Origin: Squalus acanthias
Lineage: Eukaryota
NCBI GenBank assembly: GCA_030390025.1
Contig: JASTWF010000033.1
Location: 4,218,001-4,282,000, forward strand
DNA: 64,000 nt
Reading direction: 5' to 3'
The translations under genes and the position numbers were made by a program. Positions within the stretch are counted from its first letter, which is position 1. Each line of letters opens with the position of its first letter. Shown piece after piece: positions 36,095 to 46,670 of the stretch. A model generated the notes under the pieces. It saw nothing but the letters and a program-made list of their open reading frames with translations. It did not search any database and was not told the origin of the DNA.

Positions 36095-37921
36095 TTAAGA
36101 AAAACAATGCTGAAAACCCTCAGCGGGCCAGGCAGCATCTTTGCAGATAGAAACAGAGTCAACATTTGAGATCGATGACCTTTCATCAGAACTGGAAGAT
36201 ATCAGAGATTAATAGTATTAAAGCAATGATAGAGTCAGAGAAAAGTGCGGATGCATTAGGAAAGAGCAAAGTCTGTGATTGGCTGGAGGGCAGGAGTGAT
36301 TCAATGACAAAAGGGATGATGGTGCAAGGCGAATGGGACAATTAAAGAAACAGAAGATGGGTCTAGAGGAGGTGTAAATGGTTACAGCATAATAACAAGG
36401 GGGAGGGGCAGTAGGGCACATGTGGCAGAGATGCGGATACGGTAGCATAGTAGCTATGTTACTGGACTAGTAATCCAGCGGCTTAGACTAATAGTACGAG
36501 ACGAGAGCTCAAATCCCACCACAAGCAGTTGTGGAATTTAAATTCAATTAAAATAATCTCGAATTTAAAAACTAGTATTGGTAATGGTGACAATAAAACT
36601 GGCGGATTGTCGTAAAAACTCATCTGGTTCACTAATGCCCTTTAGAAGAAGGAAATCTGCCGTCCTTACCCGGTCTGGCCTATATGTATCTCCAGACCCA
36701 CAGCAATGTGATTGAATCTTAACTGCCCTCTGAAATAGCCCACCTTCTCGAGAGCAATTAGGGATGGTCAATAAATGTCGGCCTTGCCAGCGACGCCCAC
36801 ATCCCAAGAACGAATAAAAAAAAAAGCTGGGTACACCCCAGATGTTTGGACCAGTCCGCTAGCTGTGTACCGGGTTGGACACCACAAAACCCCAGCCCAC
36901 AGCTCCTCCACTCCCAGTGGCTCTGTGGAACCATCTTCCATTGCCAGCGCATGTCGTTCGAGAAAACGGGAGCGGAGGTTATGATCTGAAGCATTTATAC
37001 ATAGTGTTGTGTCCGGAAGGCAATAAACTGCCTAACCGAAAAATACGGTGCTGTTCCTCATTGAGTTTAAAATGGGAATAGTGCAGGATGCCGAGAACAG
37101 TGAGTTCAGAGTGAGAGTGGGAGTGCAGAATTAAAGTGGCAAGTGACCTGAAGCTCAGGATCACACTTGCGGACTGAACGGAGGCGTTCAGCGAAGCAAT
37201 TACTCAATCTGCGTTTAGTCCACCCAATATACAGGAGACTGGATCGTGGGCAGCGAATACGATATACTGAATAGGAAGAAGTACAAGTAAATTAGTCTTT
37301 CACGTGGATGGACTGTTTGGGGCCCTGGCTCTTGGGATGGAAAAGGGGGAAATGGCATCCGTTGCATCTCCTGCACTTGCACAGGAAGGTGCCAGGGAAG
37401 GGGAGCAGATGTTAGGGGTGACGGAAGAGTGGATCAGGGTGTTGCGAGAGCCGGGGGATGGGAGGTCAGGGGATGATATGTTTGTTGGTGGCCTTAGCTG
37501 TACATGACGGAAATGGCAGAGGATAATCCGTTGAATGTGAAGGCTGGTGCACTGGAAGCTGAGGACAAAGGAAACCCTATCTGGGTTCTAGCCGGGAGGG
37601 CAAGTGGTGACGGGAGCAATATAGGATAGACACGGTCGAGGGCCCTGTCAATTACAATGGAGGTGAATACTCGGCTGAGAAAATATGAAGAGATTTCAGA
37701 AGCACTGATGTGCAAGGTGGCATCGTCAGAATGTATGCAACGGTGGTGGAGAAACTTTGAGAATAGAATAGAGCCCGTCCAGGAAGCTGGGTGGGAGGAA
37801 GTCTACTCAAGATTCCTGTGGGAGTTGGTGGGATCATAGTAGATATTGGTGGACAGCCTAAACCCTGAAATGGAGATCGAGAAGTCAAGGAAGTGATGGG
37901 AAGACCACTGTGGTTCACCAT
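36095..37921 (-). mobile_element. Penelope-like retroelement relic (RT C-terminus, GIY-YIG endonuclease, terminal hammerhead-like motif)
   Basis: Minus strand encodes degenerate LLYIG.TKRRL (~37203-37238) and LNEEQHRIFRLGSLLPSGHN (ORF 36979-37164), typical of the PLE GIY-YIG C-terminus. Terminal CTGATGA-hairpin motif at 36157-36193. Confidence 0.75.
36424..36825 (+). mobile_element. tRNA-derived SINE with LINE-derived 3' tail
   Basis: Box A-like TAGCATAGTAG (~36443), box B-like GAGCTCAAATCCC (~36505), poly(A) end. The last ~85 nt match the LINE 3' end at 46589-46670. Confidence 0.8.
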
Positions 37922-40015
37922 GTTATTCCTGTATTTAAAATGGAAGATAGAACAATTCCAAAGATCTACAGACCAGTTAGAAAAACGTCGATGCTAGGAA
38001 ATATAACGGAATCCTTACTCAAAGATGTAACAAAAAAACATCTAGAAACAATAATATAAGAACGAGTATTCAGCAGGTATTCCAAAAGGCAATCATAGAA
38101 TGGTTACTGCACAGAAGGAGGCCATCCGGGTCCGTCGATACCGAGCTCACTCTCTGCACATGCACTGCAGCTAATCCCAATCCCCCGCCCTTTCGCCATA
38201 GCCCTGCAATTATTGTCCTTCAGGTACATATCCCATTCTCTTCTGAAAGCCACGATTGAATCTGCCTCCATCTCCAATTCAATCAGTGCATTCCAGATCA
38301 TAATCACTCACTGCCTTAAAAAGTTTTCCTTCATGTCGCCTTTGGATCTTCAGCACATCACCTAAAACCTGTATCCTCTGTTTCTCGACCGTTCCACCAA
38401 TGGGAACAGCTTCTCTCTATCTACTCTGTCTACACTGTCTAGACTCCTGATGATTTTGATCACCTCTATCAAATCTCCTCTCAATCTTTACTGCTCTAAT
38501 GAGAACAACCCCAACTTCTCTAGTATAACTACGTAACTAAAGTCCCTCATCCCTGGAACCATTCTTGTGAATCTTTTCTGCACCCTCTCTAAAGCTTTCA
38601 TCCCCTTCTTAAAGTGCGGAGCCCAGAATTGGAAACTATACTCCAGTTGTGGCCTAACCAATGTTTTATAAATGTTTATCATAACTTGCTCGCTTTTGCA
38701 TTCTATTCCTCTATTTATAAAGCTCAGATTCCCGTAAGCATTTTTAACCGCTTTCTCTACCTGCCCTGCCACCTTCATCGATTTTGTACATGTACCCCCG
38801 GGTCCATCTGTTTCTGCACACCCTTTGGAATGTCTTGCTTGAGTAACCTTAGTGAACTCTTTGAATAAGTACCAACAAGTGTAGATAAGGGGAATATCGC
38901 AGATGTAATATATTTGATTTTTTAAAGCCATTCGATAAGGTACCACTTAGCAGGCTGAATCACAGAGCAGGTGGAGTTAGGAGACAAGCAGCAGAATGGA
39001 TAGCAAGATGGCTGCAAGAACAGAAAATAGGGAGTAGTGGATAAAGCTATTTACTCAGCTAGCTGGATGGTGAGAAGTGATGTTCCACAAGGGTCGGCGT
39101 TGCGACCCCTGTTGTTCATCATTTACATAAACGATATTGATTCGGGAAGCAGAAGCACAAATTCAAAATTTGCGGATGAATCCAAATTGGGAACAGAGTT
39201 CATGCAGAGGAAGAATGCAACACAATACCTGAAGACATTAATACACTTGCAGAAAGGGCGTTTAAATGGCAAATTAATTTCAATATAGCTGAGTGAGAGG
39301 TATAGCATTTTGGTAGGAAGAAAAAGGTTCCCAAATAATCCTTGGAAAATCAGAGCGGGAATGGGGTAGAGGGGTACCGATTAACTAATCATTTAAAGTA
39401 GCAACGCATGGTAACAAGGCCATAAACATGCAAACAAAGCACTGGGGTTCATTTCTAGAAGAATAGAATCGTAAAGCAAGGTGGTTAGCTTAAACTTATA
39501 TCGGACCTTGGTTATACCACACTGAGCGTACTGTGTGCAGTTCTGATCTCCATATTACATAAAGGATATTAAGGCTCAGGAGAAAGTGCAATTTTTTTAC
39601 AAGGATGACACCAGAACTGAAACATTATAACCATCAGGAAAGATTGAACAGGCTGGGTCTCTTTTCTTTACAAAAGCGAAGGCAGAGGGGTGGCCTAATA
39701 GAGGCCTTTAAATTTTGAAGGGGTAACATAGGGTTGATGTTTATACTTGAGACGTGAGTGCAAAATTGGAATTATCGATAAAAGATAGTCATGAATAAAT
39801 CCAACACGGAATTGAGGCGAAATTTCTTTACTCAGAGAGTGGTCGAATAGCAGAAATGCATTTAAGGGTAAGCTAGAGAAGTACACGAGATGGAAAGCAG
39901 TAGAAGGTTATGCTGATAGGGTTAGATGAAGAGAGGTGGGAGGAGGCTCCTGCGGAGCATAAACACTGGTACAACCTAGTAGGGCCGAATGGCCTGCTTT
40001 GTGCTGGAAATTCTA
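37922..40015 (+). mobile_element. Decayed CR1 LINE RT region to 3' end, interrupted at 38092-38831
   Basis: YRPV (~37966), then after the insert SCLSNLSELFE, DF.KPFDKVP, DVPQGSALRPLLFIIYINDID, KFADESKLG, and C-terminal motifs. Confidence 0.85.
38092..38831 (-). mobile_element. 5'-truncated CR1 LINE nested in the plus-strand CR1
   Basis: ORF 38488 part YKTLVRPQLEYSFQFWAPH..LEKLGLFSLEQ. Tail ATCATAGAATGG at left end. Confidence 0.85.
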
Positions 40016-40610
40016 AGGAGTTCTCCGTAACTTGAACAAATAAATCACATTCATCAGTTCATTTAATCATTGAAGTGTTTTATTTATTAAAGCATTGCAC
40101 TATTTATTTGATCGTTATCAGTGCATTAATGCTATTATTTACTGCCCCCCGGAATGATCTCTGTATTATGAAAACCTGATATGCGTGTTCTATACGTGTC
40201 CCTCCTCGTAGGGACTCACCGCACTGAGCTAAGGCCAGAGGTCGGTGCAGGTAGAGACTCTGAATCAGAGATAAGAACTGGTTCTTCAAACCTTAATCAG
40301 TTACAGCAGTGGAATAATCAATGACCACAGCCCAATATTCATCCCGTCTAACGGTAACATAATGAAATTCAGCACTCATGACCCACAGATTCCCAGGGCC
40401 GTGTTGGGGGAAGGGGATAAATCAGCACCAAAACAATTAAACTGTTTACAATAACTATACATAAAATAAGAATACGTCATTATACAGAGGATTTGAATAT
40501 TGCAACACTGCTCTCCTGCTGTTTACTTGTCAGTAATTAGTTAAGATCTGTTTCTGTTGGTGCAGTTCAATAGGAAACAAAGCATTATCAATACATTTCA
40601 CCTTATATAT

Positions 40611-41088
40611 GAGCATAAGAACATAAGAAATAGGAGCAGGAGTAGGCCATACGGCCCCTCGAACCAGCTCCGCCAATCAATAAGATCATGGCTGATTATC
40701 GACCTCAATAGCCCTTTCCTGCCCGATCTCTATATCCCTTGGTTCCGCTAGAGTCCAAAAATCTATCTATCTCAGTCTTGAATATACTTTCACAGGCCTC
40801 TGGGGCAGAGAATTCCAAAGATTCACAACCCTCCTTCTAATCTCAGTCTTAAATGGACTTCCCCTTATCCTGAGACTATGCCCCCCAGTTCTAGACACTC
40901 CAGCCAGGGGAAACAACCTCTCATCATCTAACCCTGGCAATCCCCTTCGGAATCGTGTATGTTTCAATGAGATCACCTCTCATTCTTCTAACCTGCAGAG
41001 AGTATAGGCCCATTCTGCACAATCTCTCATCATAGGACAGCCCTCACATCCCAGGAATCAATCTCGTGAACCTTCGCTGCAGCGCCTC
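40611..41088 (-). mobile_element. CR1 LINE 3' fragment
   Basis: Tail CATAAGAACATAAGAAATAGGAGCAGGAG. ORF 40767 SRTGGHSLRIRG..VVNLWNSLPQR. Confidence 0.88.
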
Positions 41089-41227
41089 ATATGCTTATAA
41101 CCAAACGTTTTCAACCAACAGCAAAAATCTTCACCTTTGCCGTTGGTTACATTGAGAAAACACGAATGCAGCTCCATGAAGGGGAAATATCAAATACCTC
41201 AAATAATAATTTCAAATTCGAACCGAC

Positions 41228-41375
41228 GTGTTCCACTCGGGTTGGTGACCCACACTCAGTACAATTCTACAGTGACAGGCACTCCCAGTAATACATGGCC
41301 ACTGGGATGAGGTGTTCCACTCCAGTTAGTGACCCACACTCAGTAGTTCTACAGTGAGAGTCCCTTCCACTAATA
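41228..41375. repeat. Diverged direct duplication (~65 bp, 84-bp spacing) in GPCR intron
   Basis: GTGTTCCACTC..GTGACCCACACTCAGTA..TTCTACAGTGA starts at both 41228 and 41312. Confidence 0.75.
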
Positions 41376-41679
41376 CCTTCTCTCAGAGAGTTACTTACAC
41401 TTAGGTCTGATTCAACAGGACACAATATTACACTAAAGGCAATAACTTCATAACACAGCGAGCCCGTGATTTACAAACAGAATTTTACTTTCAGTTGAGG
41501 CAATGGAATAAAACTTCAGAAGTAATTCACGACATTACACTAAACGAAATGTTATCACTGAACGGGTGTCTGTATAACTGTGGCCACTAGATCAGGATGT
41601 AACATTATCAGTCACAGAGCCAGACCAGAGATCAGCTCACACACAGATTTACACAACTTCAATGGTTATAATCACTTAC

Positions 41680-41746
41680 CAGGAACACCAATGACGGCAA
41701 TGATCATGTAGCATATTTTCTCCATATGTTGAATTGGTCGATGCAT
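41680..41746 (-). CDS. GPR139-like: GPCR coding exon 1 (MHRPIQHMEKICYMIIAVIGVP)
   Basis: ATG at 41746, 67 nt, ends CCTG|GTAAGT (consensus donor). The phase-1 join G+TG=Val with exon 2 gives a continuous TM1 IIAVIGVPVNLLAIVIL. Intron 32223-41679 (9457 bp), protein 348 aa. Confidence 0.85.
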
Positions 41747-41830
41747 TTTCTGTGTGAAGCGATGTGTCTCTTCGTGATGCAGGCAATCTCTCTGAATTAA
41801 ACTCTGAGGCGCGACATTCCCAGAGCCTTT

Positions 41831-41838
41831 CATATATA
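41831..41838 (-). promoter_or_regulatory. Candidate TATA box of the GPCR gene
   Basis: Minus strand GGGTATATATGAAAGG, about 85 nt upstream of the exon 1 ATG, in unique sequence. Confidence 0.5.
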
Positions 41839-42268
41839 CCCTGCGGGATCTCCACGAGGACAGTGAGGTTGCAACATCGCTGAAAATACTGTTTAAAAAA
41901 AAAACATTTGAAAAAATAGATGACGACAGCCGAGTTAATTCCCTTCTGTGATGGAATATATTTAGTGCTGAGATTGAAATTGAAAACCCCAAAGACCAGT
42001 CAAATTCTGATCACATGAATTAACTAATGAAAATTGCCAGCTGTATTCTCCCAGCAATGGGATTGTTGTTTCAAACACCACCAGACCCATCTCTGGACCT
42101 CATATTGTTTCGGTGATGTCTTTCACTCTGCTGTGGCCATTCAGTAACTAAATTCCAAATGTTAGAGTGTCCTCTCAGGGCTGCTCTGCTGCACACTGGG
42201 ATGGGGCTGTCCGCCTTAACTGTGGCCATTTATTTAAACAATTAAACTGAGGAATTTGTGTCGATGGA

Positions 42269-43110
42269 TCCTCAAACTAATACAGCCCCCCAAACAAGTA
42301 CAGCCCCTCAAACTAGTACAGCTCCTCAAACTAATACAGCCCCTCAAACTAGTACAGCCCCTCAAACTAATACAGCCCCTAAAACTAGTACAGCTCATCA
42401 AACTAATACAGCCCCTCAAACAAGTACAGCCCCTCAAACTAGTACAGCCCCTCAAACTAGTACAGCCCCTAAAACTAGTACAGCTCCTAAAAATATTACA
42501 GCCCCTCAAACTATTACAGCCCCTCAAACTAATACAGCCCCTCAAACTAATACAGCCCCTCAAACTAATAAAGTACCTCAAACTAATACAGTACCTCAAA
42601 CTAATACAGTACCTCATACTAATGCAGCCCCTCAATCTAATAAAGTACCTCAAACTAATACAGCCCCTCAAACTAATACAGCACCTCAAGCTAATGCAGT
42701 ACCTCAAACTAATACAGTACCTCAAACTAATAGAGTACCTCAAACAAATACAGGCCCTCAAACTAATAGAGTACCTCAAACTAATACAGCCCCTCAAACT
42801 AATAGAGTACCTCAAACTAATACACACTGTCAAAAAATACATGTACCTCAAACTAATACAACCCCTCAAAGAAATACACACCCTCAAAAAATGCAGTACC
42901 TCAAACTAAAACAGCCCCTCAAACTAATACAGCCCCTGAAACTAACACAGTACCTCAAACTAATACAGAACATCAAACTATTACATCCCCTCAAACTAAT
43001 ACAGCCCCTGAAACTAATACAGTACCTCAAACTAATACAGCACATCAAACTATTACATCCCCTCAAACTAATACAGCCCTTGAAACTAATACAGTACCAC
43101 AAACTAATAG
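42269..43110. repeat. 18-bp minisatellite (CCTCAAACTAATACAGCC/TA)n
   Basis: Read directly. Translations have a 6-aa period (PQTNTA, LKLIQP, CISLRG). Confidence 0.97.
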
Positions 43111-43336
43111 CCAGACCCGCCCACCTCCTCTCTGGTCCAAAGTCCTGTAATCTCGTGTTCCCACAAAATCACAGTGCATGTGATCTCATTTGCCAGACAC
43201 CAAGAGGTCGTTACCAGGCTAACAAGAACTGATTGTGCAGATTATTTGAACAGTTTAACAATGCGAATTCTAAATATATATTTAAAAGACTTGAGTTTAT
43301 TTCTGTTAAGTTCGTAATGGTCTATTAAATAAAGGC

Positions 43337-44806
43337 ATGGCAGGGCTCATCATTCCCGTGGAATGCACATCTTGTGCCATGTGAAAACTCCAGTACTCTT
43401 CCCGTGTCCTCGACAACCACATGTGCAGGAGATCTCGTCAGCTGGAGTAGCTCGAACTCCGGGTTTCGGAGCTTGAGCAGCAACTGGCGTCACTGCGGTG
43501 CATCCGTGAGGCTGAGAGCTACGTGGATAGCACGTTTCAGGAGGTGGTCACCCCGCAGCTTAAGCGTGTGCAGGCAGAGAGGGAATGGCTGACCGCCAGA
43601 CAGACAAGGAGGACCAGGCAGGTAGTGCAGGATTCCCTGATTGCATCTCACTCTCTAACCGGTATTCATTTCTAAATACTGGAGAGGATGATGGTTCATT
43701 GTGGCGAGTACAGCCAGAGCCAAGTCCAGAGCACCACGGGTGGATCAGCTGTACAGTGTGTTTCAGGATTGGCGAGGAGAAAGATCAGGAAAGCAATAGT
43801 GATAGGGGATTCAATAGTTAGGGGAATAGACACGTGTTTCTGCGGCCACTTAAGTGAATCCAGGATAGGATGATGCCTCCCTGGTGCCAGGGCCAAGAAT
43901 GTCACTGAGCGGCTGAAGAACATTCTGAGGTGGGAGCTTAAACAGCCAGAGGTCGTGGTCCATTTCGTTACCAATGACATATGTAGAAAGAGGGATGAAG
44001 ATTTGCAGGCAGATTTTAGGGAGCTAGGAAAGAGATTAAAATCAGGACCTCAAAGGTAGTAATCTTCCAATTAAACCCGGTGCCTGTGCTGGTGAGTATA
44101 GAAATAGGAGGATAGAGCAGATAAATGTGTGGCTGGAGAGATGCTACAAGAGGGAGGGCTTTAGATTCCTGGGACATTGGGACTGGTTCTCGGGGAGGTG
44201 GGACCTGTACAGGCCAGACAGGTTGCACATGAACAGGGCCGCAACCAATGGCCTTGCCGGGGACGGGGTGGGTTGGTCGTAGTGTTGGGGAGGTTTTAAA
44301 CTGATTTGGCAGTGGGTGGGCACCAGGCTGTAGCTTCAGAAAGGAGAAACAAGGTGCACATAGAATTGGGAGACACGGATAGCACAAGGGTAATAAATAA
44401 TAAGTTATTATGTGGGGTCAGACTAAGAGAATACAATACAGGTTTGCAGTGCATGTGGGTACATGCATGAAGTGTGGTTAATTGGGTTGGTGAGCTGCAG
44501 GCGCAAATAGACACATGGAAATATGATGTCGTGGTGATAACGAAGAACAGGCTCAAAAAAGGGCAGGATTGGGTACTAATTATTCCTGGGGAGAAGGTGT
44601 TCAGGAAAGTAAGGGAAGGAAAGAAAGGAGGAGGTGTGGTAGTATTGATTCAGCAGAATGTTACAGTGCTGGAGAGAGAGGATGTCCTGGAGGGGTCAAG
44701 GACAGAACCTATTTGGTTAGATGTAATAAATAATAGAGGTGCCATGACACGACTAGGTGTATTTTATAGGCCACCAACTAGTGGGAAAGATATGGAGGAG
44801 CAAAAA
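43337..44806 (+). mobile_element. CR1 LINE 5' part: ORF1 (Cys finger, coiled coil, SGNH/GDSL esterase) and start of ORF2 endonuclease, pseudogenised
   Basis: ATG 43337 MAGLIIPVECTSCAM*, then IVIGDSIVRGID, CLPGAR, VVVHFVTND. ORF 44474 ELQAQIDTWKYDVVVIT..KGGGVVVLI..GVFYRPP. Confidence 0.88.
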
Positions 44807-46670
44807 TGCTGAACAGCGGAAGCAGCTTGCTATAGACAGGGCTATGCGATCCCATAATCAATGGATCAGAACAAAGCTCTGCATTCAAGCCACATCCAGT
44901 CATGAATGCTGGTGGACCATTAAACAACTAATGGGAGGAGGAGGCTCCAGGAATATCCCCATCCTCACTGAATGCAAAAGACAAGTCTCAAGCGTTTACA
45001 ACCATCTTCAATCGGAAGTTCCAAAGTGGAGGATCCATATAGGCCTCCTTCTGAGTTCCCACCATCACAGAAGCCAGTCTTCAGCCAATTCGATTCACTT
45101 CACGTGATAACAAGAAAAGGCTGAGCGCACTGGATACAGCAAAGGCGATGGGCCCTGACAGCATCCCGGCTGTCGTGCTGAAGACTTGTGCTCCAGAACT
45201 AGCCTGGACTCTAGCCTAGCTGATCCAGGACAGCAACAAAACTGGCATCTACCCGACAATGTGGAAACCTGCCCAGATATGTCATATCCATAAAAAGCAG
45301 GACAAATCCAATCTGATCAATTACATCCCCATCAGTCTATTCTCAATCATCAGCAAAGTGATGGAAGGTGTCATCGACAGTGCTTTCAAGCAGCACTTAC
45401 ACAGCAATAAGATGCTCACCAATGATCAGTTCAGGATCCGCCAGGACCACTCGGCTCCAGACCTCATTACAGCCTTGGTCCAAACATAGACGAAAGAGCT
45501 TAATACCAGAGGTGAGGTGAGAGAGACAGAATTTGACCGAGTGTGGCATCAAGGAGCCCTATCAATATTGAAGTTAATGGGAATCAAGGGGAAAACACTC
45601 CACTGGCTGGAGCCATAACTAGCACAAAGGAAGATGGTTGTGGTTGATGGAGGTCAAACATTTCAGGCACAGGACATCGCTGCAGGAGTTCCTCAGGATA
45701 GTGTCCTAGGCCCAACCACCTTCAGCTACTTCATCAATGAACTTCCCTCCATCATAAGGTCAGAATTGGGGATGTTTACTGATTATTTCACAGTGTTCAG
45801 TTCCATTCTCAGCCCCTACGGATAATGAGGCAGTCCATACGCCAATTCAGCAAGACCTGGACGACATTCAAGCTTGGGCTGATAAGTGGCAGTTAATATT
45901 CGCGCCACAGAAGAGCAGGGCAATGATTATCTCCAACGGGCGAGAGTCTAACCTACGTCCCTTGACATTCAACGGCATTACCATCGCCGAATCCACCAGC
46001 ATTAACATCCTGGGGATTCACAATTGACCAGAAACTTAACTGGACCAACCACATAAATACTGTGACAACAAGAACAGGTCAGAGGCTAGGTATTCTGCGG
46101 CGAGTGGGTCACATTCTGACTCCCCAAATCCTTTCCACCATCTACAAGGCACAAGTAAGGAGTATGATAGAATACTCTCCACTTGCCTGGATGAGTGCAG
46201 CTCCAACAACACTCAAGAAGCTCGACCCCATCCAGGACAAAGCAGCCCGCATTAATGGCACCCCATCCACCACCTTAAACATTCATTTTTCCACCACCGG
46301 CGCACCGTGGCTAAAGTGTGTACCATCTACAAGATGCACTGCAGCAACTCGCCAAGGTGTCTTTGGTAGCACCTCCCAAACCCGTGAACTCTTCCACCTT
46401 GAAGGGCAAGGGCCGCAGACGCATGGTAACACCAGCAACTCCAAGAGCCCTTCCAATTAACACGCCATCCTGAGTTAGAAGTATATCGCAGATCCTTCAT
46501 CGTCGCTGGGTCAAACTCCCTCCGTAACAGCACTGCGGGAATACTTTCACCACATGGACTGAAGCGGTTCAAGAAGGTGGCTCAGCACCACCTTCTCAAG
46601 TGAAATTAGGGATGGGCAATAAATGCTGGCCTTGCCAGCGACGCTCACATCCCAGAAACGAGTTAAAAAA
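44807..46670 (+). mobile_element. Second LINE family (CR1/Jockey-group RT), 3' half with intact tail
   Basis: KAMGPDSIP, WKPAQI.HIHKKQDKSN..NY.PISL.SIISKVME, GVPQDSVLGP, YKAQVRSMIEYSPLAW. Ends GCCTTGCCAGCGACGCTCACATCCCAGAAACGAGTTAAAAAA. Confidence 0.85.

Noticed and set aside
36441..36520. tRNA gene
   Set aside because: Only degenerate A/B boxes followed by SINE body and poly(A). No convincing cloverleaf.
41747..41992. Upstream part of the 106-aa ORF 41672-41992
   Set aside because: Non-ATG start that runs through the candidate TATA region. Only the last 22 codons before the donor fit the receptor.
42234..43232. Mucin-like (PQTNTA)n and Cys-rich (CISLRG)n ORFs
   Set aside because: An 18-bp unit keeps several frames open on both strands, and there is no signal peptide or splice context.
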